Shown here: positions 1 to 14,153 of the stretch, one piece after another
Layout: each line of letters begins with the position of its first letter
Numbering within the stretch: the first letter of the stretch is position 1
NCBI GenBank assembly: GCA_951406725.2
Contig: OX597814.1
Span: 7,130,001 to 7,194,000 of the forward strand
Length of the DNA: 64,000 nt
Source of the DNA: Octopus vulgaris
Lineage: Eukaryota
Direction: 5' to 3'
Made by a program: the position numbers and the translations under genes
The notes under the pieces: model-generated
Databases searched by the model: none
What the model was told of the DNA's origin: nothing
Seen by the model: only the letters and a program-made list of their open reading frames with translations

Positions 1-303
1 TGTTTGTTTTTCTGCAGTTATACGTAAAAACAGCTAAAAGTCAAAGTGAAAGATCATCCAATACATTTTATTAGACTGACACATTTACTTATTTCAAGAA
101 GAAATATTTTCAGCTGGTGATAGATTGGTTAATCGGGGGGGGGGGTGACAGACCGTATTCTTCTGTAAACAACAATTCTGTAAATTCTTTAAATTTTATA
201 GAAATAATTCCAAGTAAAATATTATACAGACATACGTATACAGAATGAATTTATAGGTGCAATGTTCCATACACCTGTGTGTGTACGCGTGTATGCTTCG
301 GGC

Positions 304-693
304 GTGGAGGCGCAATGGCCCAGTGGTTAGGGCAGCGGACTTGCGGTCATAGGATCGCAGTTTCGATTCCCAGACCGGGTGTTGTGAATGTTTATTGAGC
401 GAAAACACCTAAAAGCTCCACGAGGCTCCGGCAGGGGATGGTGGTGATCCCTGCTGTGCTCTTTCACCACAACTTTCTCTCACTCTTACTTCCTGTTTCT
501 GTTGTACCTGTATTTCAAAGGGCCGGCCTTGTCACTTTCTGTGTCACGCTGAATATCCCCGAGAACTACGTTAAGGGTACACGTGTCTGTGGAGTGCTCA
601 GCCACTTACACGTTAATTTCACGAGCAGGCTGTTCCGTTGATTCCGATCAACCGGAACCCTCGTCGTCGTGACCGACGGAGTGCTTCCATTCC
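304..693 (+). mobile_element. tRNA-derived SINE, family A (~390 bp; resembles octopus OR-type SINE)
   Basis: tRNA-like head with A box (TGGCCCAGTGG) and B box (GTTTCGATTCC); TSD ATGCTTCGGGC at 293-303 and 694-704; near-identical copies at 16675, 33754 and 40266. Confidence 0.9.
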
Positions 694-989
694 ATGCTTC
701 GGGCATGCATGCACCTATGTGTGTGCACGTATGTGCTTCTGACATGCTGCTGTGCGGTCACGTGAGTATGTGTGTATTGTACACGCCTATATGTGTGCGA
801 ATCGGTATTTGTGGATGTCTGAACCTGTTGATATGAAATCAAAAATCAACCAAGACCGACGACATAACAATTGTAAATGACGAGCGTCTGATGCCTCGAG
901 GGTGCGTGTGTGTGAACGCACGCATTCGCCTGTCGGTAGATGTCTCTGTGTACACAAGGTGTTAATGGTAAATGTGATTTTTTGAGGGC

Positions 990-1049
990 TTATATATGCG
1001 CGTGTGTGTGTATATATATGTGTGTATATATATATATATATGTGTGTGC

Positions 1050-1099
<50 letters not shown>

Positions 1100-1188
1100 G
1101 TATATATATATATAATATTAGGGAATATTATTCCAAACTAACACGGAAAAATTCAATTTAAAATACTAAATTAAATTTCACAAAATAT

Positions 1189-1260
<72 letters not shown>
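990..1260. repeat. (TA)n/(TG)n microsatellites interrupted by a short pLTR-like terminus (1113-1190)
   Basis: Read directly; AATATTAGGGAAT..TCCAAA..GGAAAAA..TCA matches the reverse complement of 20775-20820. Confidence 0.8.
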
Positions 1261-1266
<6 letters not shown>

Positions 1267-2225
1267 GAAAAATACCACCTTTTATCAATGCAACAATGAA
1301 AAAATTAAATTATACCATATAGAAAAAATTTACATCCTAGAGAAAAAATTAAATATAAGATAAAAACATATACCAATGATTAAGTAATGTGCAAAATAAT
1401 AAATAAAACATATATTTGGTAAAATGACTACACGTGTTTCGTGGCAATATTTAAGAAATGATAACAGTAAGATCAATTCAATTTAAATATAGCCACTCTT
1501 CAGGTCAAAGATTAAAACAATAAAATAATTTTTTTTAAATATACGTATATAATCTTGTAAAATATGAAATATCTTAACAAATATATTCTGGTGTAACTAA
1601 AAAATAGAACAAAGAGGTATAAATATTTATTATATCTATAAAAATAAAATTTTAACTTATATAAGAGAAGAATAGCAAACTATAATATATCATTACTAGA
1701 AAATAAAATACAACTAATTAAATTATTTGAAACATATATATATATAGTACAAAGTAAGATAGGAGTTATGGGTGTAACCCACTATGAGATAGCATTTATT
1801 CAATATACTGTTGGTTAAGTACCCAGATTCTTAATGCATAAGTGTTTTAATTGCAAAGCAATTAACTCATTTATTGTATTAAACGGGTGAAGGTAAAGAA
1901 ATATTTTTACCGTAAATTTATAATACAAATAAGAAAATGGAGAAACAAATTTAGTTTGTTCATCAACTTTTGGATATTATAATGTTGGATTATTTATTCA
2001 TTCAACAAAATGAGTACATCAAAAGCATACATATATATCTTATAATTCAATACATATAAGATAAGAATACAAATTATAAAAGTCATAATATAAATTATTG
2101 AAATCATTAAAATCACTTCTTACAGCTGTTTCAGCCTATGGCTAAAAGTGGTTAATTTTATTTTTATTGCCTATAGGTGTCAACATACTGAGGTTGTAGG
2201 CATTTAAAAGTAGTGTACTTATATA
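1261..2225 (-). mobile_element. Stacked Penelope-like pseudo-LTR fragments inserted in (TA)n
   Basis: AT-rich blocks bounded by TA tracts; one complete (1425-1507) and one partial (2115-2140) hammerhead motif. Confidence 0.55.
1425..1507 (-). ncRNA. Minimal type-I hammerhead ribozyme
   Basis: Minus strand: UGAC-CUGAAGA-GUGGC...GCCAC-GAAA-CACGUG-UA-GUCA; all core nucleotides and stems I-III intact; palindromic stem III. Confidence 0.85.
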
Positions 2226-2306
2226 TATAACCTTTGATGTATGTTGTAATGTAAGCCTTGTGTTTTCGGGGTATTTTGTGGGTCTGTGAGTTTTGTCTGT
2301 CTGCAT

Positions 2307-3060
2307 TTAGGTCTCTATTACTACATGAGATACTGGAGCTAACCGGGTGGGAGGGGTATCACTATTTTTTGGTATTTCTACTTGTGGTGTATGCTGCGTG
2401 AGTATGTCTGGTCTGTTAAATATTTGTGTGTCGTCTTCAGTGTTAATGTTTTTCTTTTTACTTTTAGCAGTTTTCAGAGGTGACCCTGCAGCCATATTTC
2501 TCTTTCTTTTTTGAACTTCAACGAATCCTTCTCTGTCTGTGTCTTCCGTATTTTCTTCCATGATTGGGGCTGTTGTCTCGGTACTTCTCTCTGGTTCACG
2601 TTGGTTTTCACTTGTTTCATTATTTAGCTCGGGGCACTTTACTTTCATGTACCCCTTCACACCGCAGTGGTAGCAGGTGGGCGGACGACCCTCCACCACC
2701 ACTCTGAATTTCGTGTCTTCCAGCAGCAGTATTTCTTCCGTTATCACATTCAATTCTTCTTGGCCGGTTTGGGCCACCATTTCCAGTCCATAGCCCCATC
2801 AATTCAACCTCTTAGTTCTTGTGACTTACAATATTTTTATTTCTTCCTTTTCATAAGTTATGGCTGCCACTAACCATGCTTCCTCTATTTCTGGTGGCAC
2901 CCTGCCAACCCTGATTCTCGCAACTCTTTTACCACAGCAGGTTGGCAGGAGCACCCATTCCTGTGATCTCAGAGGTACAATGGAGTGAGTGATTGGTTGC
3001 CTCTTCTTCTGTGGTAAACCTCACCTCCACTGTGCCAAACTTTCTTTCTCTGGTGGTAAC
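2307..3060 (-). pseudogene. Non-LTR retrotransposon ORF1 (gag-like, L1/Tx1-like) fragment with zinc knuckle
   Basis: ORF 2307-2780 has EGRPPTCYHCGVKGYMKVKCP (degenerate CCHC); upstream frameshifted coding RVARIRVGRVPPEIEEAWLVAAI. Confidence 0.7.
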
Positions 3061-3465
3061 ACTTTTCCTATTTTCTAAATATACGTTCGTTATAAAGCAC
3101 AAGATTTTCTCAGATCGCTAGCATGGATGACTAACATGGAGTTTTGACATAATTTTGTTTCCTCAGTGACGAATGCCTAGGACATTCTAAGTTAAACCAA
3201 AAATGTTTGTTCCAATATAGAAAATGTTAAAGAAAACATTTACTGATTTACTCAAAATCTAGTGAAAATAGAACTGAATTCATATTCACACTAAAAGCAA
3301 CTGAGGTGAATAAATCAGGCTGAAACACCAATCTGGTGATCAACCAGCTTTGAGAAATTTCTTTGACGCAAATGTTACAGCCGGGGCTGTTTCACATTTC
3401 TACACACATAATATGTTATACACATGGTTATTTTAATTTGATGTTGATCCATATATGTATATTAG

Positions 3466-3598
3466 GATAGATAGATTGACTGATTGACTGATTGATTGAA
3501 TGATTGATAGATAAATAGCTGGACTGACAGTCAGAGGCAAACAGGTAGGCAGGCAGGCATGTAGATAGATAGATAGATAGAGAGATAGATAGATAGAG

Positions 3599-3679
<81 letters not shown>
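3466..3679. repeat. (GATA)n/(GATT)n microsatellite
   Basis: Read directly. Confidence 0.95.
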
Positions 3680-3680
<1 letters not shown>

Positions 3681-4175
3681 ACATTGACATTCGTACCGCA
3701 GCTAGCCATTTCATAATAATTGTTTATCCCAAATGACTTGTGATGAAATATTATGTTAAATCCATTTGTAAGCCGTTGAATCATCCTCTACATTCATTAT
3801 TGACTCACATGAATAGCTGGAAAATTAATTATTATTTTTTTGTAATTCATCTTAATATTGACCATTTAGAAGAGAGAATATATGACAGGTAAGTTTGCTT
3901 CAAATATTATTCAAACCCTGGACGATTGTAATCACTGAATTTAATGATGGTGGGGAACAGTAGCCCCATCTAAAGGAAAGAGACTGAGGTTTTGTTTTAC
4001 TAATCAAAAGAAACGTTTACATCAATAACAGTAGAAGTGGCTTAGATTCAGTGTTATAATCTCTTATTCTATTTTTATGTCAAATCTACTTTCATCAAAT
4101 GAATTATTTTGATACTTGGTTCATTAAACAGACGTCAGTGATTCAAGGTGGAAATATGGTTACTAGAGAAAGTTA

Positions 4176-4360
4176 ATCATCATCATCATCATCATCATCA
4201 TCGTTTAACGTCCGTTCTCCATGCTAGCATGGGTTGGACGGTTCGACCGGGGATCTGGGAAGCCAGAAGGCTGCACCAGGCTCCAGTCTTATCTGGCAAT
4301 GTTTCTACAGCTGGATGCCCTTCCTAACGCCAACCACTCCGTGAGTGTAGTGGGTGCTTA
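4176..4360 (-). mobile_element. RTE 3' UTR/tail fragment ending in (GAT)n
   Basis: Reverse complement of the LINE 3' end at 63350-63525; almost identical to 31341-31520. Confidence 0.85.
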
Positions 4361-5074
4361 AGGAGGAAGAAATTCAAGAAGTTATTGGAAACATTGCTGT
4401 TTTGTTTTTGTGAGAAACACTGAACGGATGGGATATTGCGATGTTACCTGGTAATGTTGAGCTCTAAATATGGAAGAGATGAGAAAATGGGAGAGAATGG
4501 ATGTGAGTATGATCAGTTGAATTTGTGACGCTCATTTAGATGAAACAAGGAGTCTTTGAGAGATGAGAACTGGCTGGGCATTAGAACCATCAATTGATGC
4601 CTGGGACAGGCAGGTGAGATTAAAGAACGGTAAAAAGGTGACGTGTACTGATGGTGAGCATTATCTGAGGCAAAACAAAAATGACTGCTGAAGATGTGGG
4701 AAGCAAGTGATGAAGGGAGTTCTAATGACATTCGGTTGAACAGAAAAGAATGACAGCAACTAAATATAGTGGGTGGTGTTACTGCATGGTTAATCAGTCC
4801 AGTCTATTCCAGGACAGACGAATAATCGTTAAAACATTTATTATGATGAAAATAATGATGGCAGAGGTGGTGGTGGTGGTGGAAGACATGGTGGTGATGG
4901 TGTCAGTGGTGGTGGTGGTGGTGATTTATATAACTTCTAAGGAACCAATACCAAACGTCTTCTAATGTTCCCCTTTCCAAGTCATGATTGATCGGCAGAA
5001 CTGATTCGATGGACGTTACCTACAACTTGAGTAATTCCTTCAATTTTGATCTGAAGAAATATGTTTCAAATATA

Positions 5075-5086
5075 CTGCTGCTGCTG

Positions 5087-5132
<46 letters not shown>

Positions 5133-5310
5133 CACTACCACCACCATCATCACTACCACCACCACCTCCACCACCCCGACTACTGTTACTACTAATAACA
5201 CTACCACTACCACCACCACCACCACCACTACTACTACTACTATGAATACTACCACCGCCACAGCTACAACTACAACCATCACCACCACCATTACTACTAC
5301 CACTACTACT
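5075..5310. repeat. (CTA)n/(CCA)n trinucleotide tract
   Basis: Read directly. Confidence 0.9.
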
Positions 5311-6285
5311 TTTAATAAAATTGATTCTTTGCTATAACTATGGACCGAATGAAATTACCAACAATAAGACTTGTGATACGAGAACCATGAATCTGTGGCC
5401 TACAGCAAGAATCGTTTCCTTCGACAGGACATTAAATGTTGCTTGCCAACAGCTTTCTGCTTAATTAACAAACCATAATCTAATTTAATTCAAACTAATT
5501 CAATTCTTGAAGTTAGTAGATTGTTTCTTCATTGTTGGTCGAGTTCCTTTGATTGTTTTTCGTTCTTTTTGAATTTAGATTAAATGAGTTAACCCTGGCC
5601 TAGATTTTCGTTGGGTAGCTGCCATTTATCAATAATATTAACACACTAACCTTTTGTTTTTGTACGTACCTGTTGTGTGTGTCACACTTCAAAGAAGTAG
5701 CATAGCGGGAGAGTGGAGGACAGAGGAAGTAAGAGAGAGAGAAAGAGAGAGTGAGTGAGAGAGAAAGGGAGAGTAAGAGAGAGAGAGAGTGAGAAAGAAA
5801 AAGAGAGAGTGAAAGAGACAGTGAGTGGTGGCAACGTTTTTTTGTGGGGGGTGTTTAAATGTTTCAGAGACGAAGTAAGAGAGAGAGAGCGAGAGAGAGA
5901 AAGAGACAGTGAATAGTGACAGCGTCTGTTTTGTGTTTTTAAATGTTTATCACATTGCAAGAGAAGTAGATACATAGATACATATACACACTGTTAAATC
6001 AAAAGTGGGAGAGAAGAGGGACACAACGGAAGTGAAAGAGAAAGAGAGAAAGTGAGAGAGATAGTAGATACATAAATCTGAAGAAAAGTTCATACATAGA
6101 AACATACACAACAAATATTGGATGTCAATTTCACTTTTCATTACCACACAAGGATAAAATTTAACTCACAAATGGCTGAGTACTCCACAGACATGCATAA
6201 CATTAACGTAGTTCTCAGGAAGATTCAGCCTCTCACAGAATATGAAAAGGCTGGCCCCTTTGAATTACAGCTACAACTCAAGACA

Positions 6286-6687
6286 TACTCTTTTACTTGT
6301 TTCAGTCATTTGACTGTGGCCATGCTGGAGCACCGCCTTTAGTCGAGCAAATCGATCCTGGGACTTATTCTTTGTAAGCCCAGTACTTATTCTATCGGTC
6401 TCTTTTGCCGAACCGCTAAGTGACGGGGACGTAAACACACCAGCATCGGTTGTCAAGCAATGCTAGGGGGACAAACACAGACACACAAACATATACACAC
6501 ACACATATATATATACATATATACGACAGGCTTCTTTCAGTTTCCGTCTACCAAATCCACTCACAAGGCATTGGTCGGCCCGGGGCTATAGCAGAAGACA
6601 CTTGCCCAAGATGCCACGCAGTGGGACTGAACCCGGAACCATGTGGTTGGTTAGCAAGCTACTTACCACACAGCCACTCCTGTGCCT
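6286..6687 (-). mobile_element. tRNA-derived SINE, family B (~400 bp with internal TA/TG microsatellite; resembles octopus OK-type SINE)
   Basis: Minus head TGGCTGTGTGGTAAG...GGTTCAGTCCC; tail GAAACAAGTAAAAGAGTA; many copies in the window. Confidence 0.9.
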
Positions 6688-6994
6688 ATTCATATATATA
6701 TGAATGTACTTGTGTGTGTGTGTATAGTTTAGGTTACTTAAAACATGTTTGCAATAATAAGGGTCGAATGGTGGAAATAAACGTAATTACCAAGCTTCTA
6801 TTCATAAATCCATTTGTTATTTCGTTCTTTTGCATTTCAGATTGTACATGAAGGTTCTTTGAATATGTACAATGTATTTTAAGGTTAAATAGTAATTCCA
6901 TTTACGTTTGTGTAACTGAGATATTTTGGTTGGATTATATAGTTATTGGTGTTACAGTACTTTCTATATTCTGTAACTGTCACAATATACTTTT

Positions 6995-7138
6995 CTAGGC
7001 CTGAGTTTTTTTGTGGGGAGGGGGCCAGTTGATTAGCTCGACCCCAGTACTCAACTGATACTTAATTTATCAACCCTGAAAGGACGAAAGGCAAAGTTGA
7101 TCTCAGCAGAATTTGAACTCAGAATGTAAAGACAGACA
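6995..7138 (-). mobile_element. SINE family C 3' fragment
   Basis: Reverse complement matches 12435-12580 (CTTTGCCTTT..CCTTTC..ATAAATTAAGT). Confidence 0.75.
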
Positions 7139-7144
7139 GTCATA

Positions 7145-7588
7145 ATATACTAACATTTCTCATGGCACTTGAGGCACCGCTTCAGTGAATCGAAAAGGAG
7201 TGATGTTTCATCGGGACAATGCACGACCCTACACTGCAAAGATCACATCACAGAAGATCGAAGAACTTGGTTGGGGAAAAATTCCTCATCCACCTTATTC
7301 TCCCGCCCTTGCTCCTTCAGACTACCGTTTGTTTCGTAGTTTACAGAATCATTTGGGGGACATAACTTTCGCAAGCCAGGAGGAGGTCGAAACTGATATT
7401 TCAGAGTCCTTCGCTTTGAAACCAAAAGAGTTTTACATTGATGGGATTAAAAAGCTTGTAAATAGATGGAAGCAAGTCATAGATAATCAGGGAAAGTACA
7501 TTGATGATTAAATTTCAATTAAATATAACATTTGATCACTTGTTTTCTTTGTTCAAAATTCGGACAGAACTTATGGGATGACCAGATA
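7145..7588 (+). mobile_element. mariner transposase 3' fragment with right terminal repeat
   Basis: ORF 7185-7511: FHRDNARPYTA and HPPYSPALAPSDYRLF (catalytic DD34D region); ends at a TA tract. Confidence 0.9.
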
Positions 7589-7612
7589 TATATACATCCA
7601 TATATATATATA

Positions 7613-7660
<48 letters not shown>

Positions 7661-7719
7661 TGCATACATAGTTTAGGCAACTATTTTATGTACAATTTTA
7701 TGGTTATGTTTGTTTTTTG

Positions 7720-7735
<16 letters not shown>

Positions 7736-7754
<19 letters not shown>

Positions 7755-7855
7755 TTTGTTAGCTGTGTATTCATCTGTGTCTGCTTCTGGGTTAGTGTGT
7801 GTGTGTGTGTGTATTTTGTTAGCTGTGTATTCATCTGTGTCTGCTTCTGGGTTAG
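7736..7855. repeat. Exact 60 bp tandem duplication anchored in (GT)n
   Basis: 7736-7795 equals 7796-7855. Confidence 0.9.
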
Positions 7856-8357
7856 TGTGTGTGTGTGTGTGTGTGTGCATGTATATCTATCAAGCACGCT
7901 CATCACACACACACACACACACACACCTGGACACAAGCTGCTCAAGGTGGTGAAAATGTTTAATTAAATTTCCTGCTTAATAATTACTATTGTTCAAATA
8001 TGAAATTAGATATTTTGTTTTTATTTTCATTTCTTCCACAAAACATTCATTCAAAGCAATACTATATATTTCAGTAATGATAAATATAGTACTTCTAGAC
8101 ATAGAAATTCATTCCCAGAAAAGACGACACCATTTTGTGAGTGAAATTAATGAGCTATTGTATGAGCTTTCTCACTAGTTTCTGCTTCGATGATTAGAAA
8201 ACAATTCCCTTTCATTTACTGTTTCCATATAAGAAAACATCTCTATAAATAACCATAAATATAACGAAGTGGAGAGACATTTTTTCCACAGACCCTGAAC
8301 ACCAGAAATACTGCTCACAAATTCAGACCATTCATAATTTTTGTGGGAGGTTTTTTA

Positions 8358-9381
8358 TGCATACATACATAAATAAATACATACATACATACATACATAC
8401 ATACATGTGTGTATGTATACACACATGCATACATAAAGTGTGTATGTATACATACATGTAAGCATGCATGCATGCATGCATACATACATACATACATACA
8501 TACATACATACATACATACATACATACATTCATACATACATACATTCATACATACATACATACATACATTCATACATACATACATACATACATACATACA
8601 TACATACATACATACATGCATCCATTCATACATACATACATACATACATACATACATACATACATACATACATACATAATACAAACATTCATACATACAT
8701 ACATACATACATACATACATACATACATACATACATACATTCATACATACATACATACATACATAATACATACATACATACATACATACATACATAACAT
8801 ACATACATAACATACATACATACATACATACATACATACATACATACATAATACATACATTCATACATACATACATACATACATACATAATACATACATA
8901 CATACATACATACATTCATACATACATACATAATACATACATAATACATACATACATACATACATACATTCATACATTCATAGATACATACATACATACA
9001 TACATAATACATACATACATACATACATACATACATACATACATACATACATACATACATACATACATACATACATACATACATACATACATACATACAT
9101 ACATACATACATAATACATACATACATACATACATACATACATACATACATAATACATACATTCATACATACATACATACATACATACATAATACATACA
9201 TACATACATACATACATACATACATACATACATACATAATACATACATACATACATACATACATACATACATACATACATACATACATACATACATACAT
9301 ACATACATACATACATACATACATACATAATACATACATTCATACATACATACATACATACATACATACATACATACATAA

Positions 9382-9414
<33 letters not shown>

Positions 9415-12150
9415 TCATACATACATACATAACATACATTCATACATACATACATACATACATACATACATACATACATACATACATACATCCATTCATA
9501 CATACATACATACATACATACATACATACATACATACATACATACATACATACATACATACATACATACGTACATACATACATACATAATACATATATTC
9601 ATACATACATACATACATACATTCATACATACATTCATACATACATTCATACATACATTCATACATACATAATACATACATACATACATACATACATACA
9701 TTCATACATACATTCATACATACATAATACATACATACATACATACATACATAACATACATACATACATACATAATACATACATACATACATACATACAT
9801 ACATACATTCATACATACATACATACATACATACATACATACATACATACATACATACATACATACATACATTCATACATACATTCATACATACATAATA
9901 CATACATACATACATACATACATACATACATACATAACATACATTCATACATACATATATTCATACATACATACATAACATACATACATACATACATAAT
10001 ACATACATACATACATACATACATACATACATACATACATAACATACATACATACATGCATACATACATACATACATATATTCATACATACATACATAAC
10101 ATACATACATACATACATAATACATACATACATACATACATAATACATACATTCATACATACATACATACATACATACATAACATACATTCATACATACA
10201 TACATACATACATACATACATCCATTCATACATACATACATACATACATTCATACATACATACATACATACATACATACATACATACATTCATACATACA
10301 TACATACATACATTCATACATACATACATACATACATACATAATACATACATTCATACATACATACATACATACATACATAACATACATTCATACATACA
10401 TACATACATACATTCATACATACATACATACATACATACATACATACATACATACATACATACATACATACATACATACATACATACATACATCCATTCA
10501 TACATACATACATACATACATACATACATACATACATAATACTTACATACATACATACGTACATACATACATACATACATACATACATTCATACATACAT
10601 ACATACATAATACATACATACATAACATACGTACATACATACATACATACATACATAATACATACATACATACGTACGTACATACATACATACATACATA
10701 CATACATACATACATACATACATTCATACATACATACATACATAATACATACATACATACATACGTACATACATACATACATACATACATACATACATAC
10801 ATACATACATACATACATACATAATACATACATACATAACATACGTACATACATACATACATACATAATACATACATACATACATACGTACATACATACA
10901 TACATACATACATACATACATTCATACATACATACATACATAATACATACATACATACATACATACATACATACATACATACATACATACATACATACAT
11001 TCATACATACATACATACATAATACATACATACATACATACATACATACATACATACATACATTCATACATGCATACATACATACGTACATACATACATA
11101 CATACATACATACATACATACATTCATACATACATACATACATAATACATAATACATACATACATACATACATACATACATACATACATACATACATACA
11201 TACATACATACATACATACATACATACATACATACATACATACATACATACATACATACATACATACATACATACATACATACATACATACATACATACA
11301 TACATACATACATACATACATACATACATACATACATACATACATACATACATACATACATACATACATACATACATACATACATACATACATACATACA
11401 TACATACATACATACATACATACATACATACATACATACATTCATACATACATACATACATACATAATACATACATACATACATACATACATACATACAT
11501 ACATACATACATACATACATACATACATACATACATACATACATACATACATACATACATACATACATACATACATACATACATACATAATACATACATA
11601 CATACATACATACATACATACATACATACATACATACATTCATACATACATACATACATAATACATACATTCATACATACATACATACATAATACATACA
11701 TTCATACATACATACATAACATACATACATACATACATACATAATACATACATTCATACATACATAATACATACATACATACATACATACATACATAATA
11801 CATACATACATACATACATACATACATACATACATAATACATACATACATAATACATACATGCATACATACTACATAATAAATACATACATATATGTATG
11901 CATGCATGTATGTATGAATGATGCATGCTTGCATGTATGTATACATACACACATTCATGTATGTTTGCTTATATGCATTTCATACACACATACATATAAG
12001 CATGCATACATACATGCATGCCTGTGTATGTATACATACATGCAAGCATGCATGCATTATCCATACATACATGCATACATATATACATGTATGCACACAT
12101 GTATGCATTCATACATACAAACATACATACATGCATACATATATACACAG
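8358..12150. repeat. ~3.8 kb (CATA)n satellite with variant units
   Basis: Read directly; recurrent CATAAT, CATT, CATAAC, CATCCATT and CGTA variants; source of all MYVC/HTYI ORFs. Confidence 0.97.
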
Positions 12151-12193
12151 TGTTTTGCTTCATTATTTTGTGTGTAATATGCATCATCCAAAA

Positions 12194-12590
12194 AGGCGGT
12201 AAGCTGGCAGAATCATTAGCACGCCGGGTGAAACGCTTAGTGGTATTTCGTCTGTCATTACGTTCTGAGTTCAAATTCCACTGAAGTCGACTTTACTTTT
12301 CATCCTTTCGGGGTCGATTAAATAAGTACCAGTTACACACTGGAGTTGATATAATGGACTTAATCCACTTGTCTGTCCTTGTTTGTCCTCTCGGTGTTTA
12401 GTCCCTTGAGGGTAGTAAAGAAATAGGTATTTCGTCTGTCTTTATGTTCTGAGTTCAAATTCCACTGAGGTCGACTTTGCCTTTCTTCCTTTTCAGTCAA
12501 TAAATTAAGAACCAGTTGCATACTGGGAGTCGATCTAATTGACTGGCACCCTCCCCAAAAATTTCGGGCCTTGTGCCTAGAGTAGAAAGA
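12194..12590 (+). mobile_element. tRNA-derived SINE, family C (partially dimeric form)
   Basis: TGGCAGAATCATTAG A box, GAGTTCAAATTCC B box; body restarts at GGTATTTCGTCTG (12426) with a second tail; same family as the 54421 array. Confidence 0.85.
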
Positions 12591-12724
12591 AATGTATATC
12601 ATCGATAAGGTTTACCCATAATTACTATAAAGTTTTAGAGAAATAATCATAATGATAATCATATAGCCACGAGATTGCGCATATCTGTCTATTTATCTAT
12701 ACGTGTGTTAGTAAGTAGGCATAT

Positions 12725-13002
12725 CATCATCATCATCATCATTTAACGTCTGCTTTCCATGCTGGCATGGGATGGATGGTTTGACCGAGGACTGGCGAGC
12801 CAGATGGCTGCCCCAGGGTCCAATCTGATCCGGCAGAGGTTTCTACAGCTGGATGCCCTTCCTAACGCCAACCACTCCGAGAGTGTAGTGGGTGCTTTTG
12901 CATGCCACCAGCATGAGGGCCAGTCAGGTGGTACTAGCACTGGCCACACTCAAATGGTGTTTTTTACGTGCCACCAGCACAGGAGCCAATCCAGCAGCAC
13001 TG
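12725..13002 (-). mobile_element. RTE 3' UTR/tail fragment
   Basis: (CAT)n followed by CTGGATGCCCTTCCTAACGCCAACC and GC-rich units. Confidence 0.85.
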
Positions 13003-13036
13003 TAAATGTAATATGTGACAATTATTCGGTAGCCAT

Positions 13037-13097
13037 GATAAAACTCCGAGTTTCAGATGTCGGGGCGGAAACCCATGCTGGCATCTCTTCAGTTATC
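13037..13097 (-). ncRNA. Hammerhead ribozyme-like motif
   Basis: Minus: GAUAA-CUGAAGA-GAUG...CAUC-U-GAAA-CUCGGAG-UU-UUAUC; stems I and III pair; stem II register is off by one nucleotide. Confidence 0.7.
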
Positions 13098-13962
13098 GGA
13101 CCATTGAAAAAAATGCTATGAAAATGACCGTTAAAACAAAGGGAACTTACTGTGTGATTGACCGTTATTAAGACGAAAGAGCTATTAGAATGACCGCTAA
13201 GTAGAGGGAGGGAGTAAAAGTAAGGGAGTAAAAATGTTCATAGTAATCGCATAAGCGCACATGTCCATACATACACATGCGCACCTGCACACCCATGTAC
13301 ATGCACCTATAAGTATATACTCGTCCACCTTCATTTGAAACACACACATGCTCGTATACACATAAAAAATATATACATACCCATATACACACTCGCACAC
13401 GCACACACATACACAAAAAAGGTTCGTACACACGTATGAAAAAGGTTCATACACACGTATGCACAAGAAAAAGCAGGGTTAAAGGCAAAATACAGAAAAA
13501 TGTGTAAAAAAAGTGTAAAAAATAAGCAATAAGAGTAAAACACGTCTATGTACGCACATACTCGCATGCATGCACACACACACGTCTATACATGCACATA
13601 CCTGCACACACACACATCCATGCGTGCGCACAAAAAAATTCATATACACCTCTATATACACACAGGAAAAATGCAGGGTGGAAGGTAGAAAACAGAAATC
13701 CTTTGTGCAGGTTGTTCAGCAAGAAATTTCAGAAACATTTTTCTTGGACTACGAAAGCCTACACTCAATCATACAAATATGTTTATCAATTTGGGTTGCT
13801 AGATTCCTGAAGTGAAATCGTGTTGTTGAAACAGATATTGTTGTATTTCGGGATGGTTATAGTTTTTCTTTTTTATTTCTGCCAAATAAACACACATATT
13901 ATATATTTGTTCTTCACTTGTTTATTAATGTTCTTATTTTTTAAATTTTAACTCATGTCCAT

Positions 13963-14007
13963 TGTCCGGAAATCTTTCGTCACACATCTGCAACCTCTTC
14001 AGTAACA
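13963..14007 (-). ncRNA. Hammerhead-like motif (degenerate inverted copy)
   Basis: Inverted copy of 14109-14153 with mismatches in stems I and II. Confidence 0.5.
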
Positions 14008-14108
14008 CTTTTCGTTTTTGTGTGCACTCTTTCTCCACTTACTCCATTCTGTTTGGAGCAAGTGGAGAATAGAGTATATGGAGCAAGAGCACACATGGAA
14101 ATGAAAAG

Positions 14109-14153
14109 TGTCGCTGAAGAGGTCACAGATGTGTGACGAAAGATTTCCGGACA
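14109..14153 (+). ncRNA. Minimal hammerhead ribozyme-like motif
   Basis: UGUCG-CUGAAGA-G-GUCACA(GAUG)UGUGAC-GAAA-GAUU-UC-CGGACA; one extra G before stem II. Confidence 0.7.

Noticed and set aside
438-641. Recurrent small ORFs (MVVIPAVLF.., MSSN..) shared between loci
   Set aside because: They recur only because they lie in SINE copies
3870-3888. 19 bp candidate exon with a CAG|GTAAGT donor, possibly joining acceptors at 6840 or 14608
   Set aside because: Weak acceptor and no homology evidence; such matches are expected by chance
4988-5303. Poly-Leu/Pro and poly-Val ORFs
   Set aside because: Trinucleotide microsatellite translations
8315-12284. Long MYVC/HTYI ORFs up to 375 aa
   Set aside because: Translations of a stop-free (CATA)n satellite
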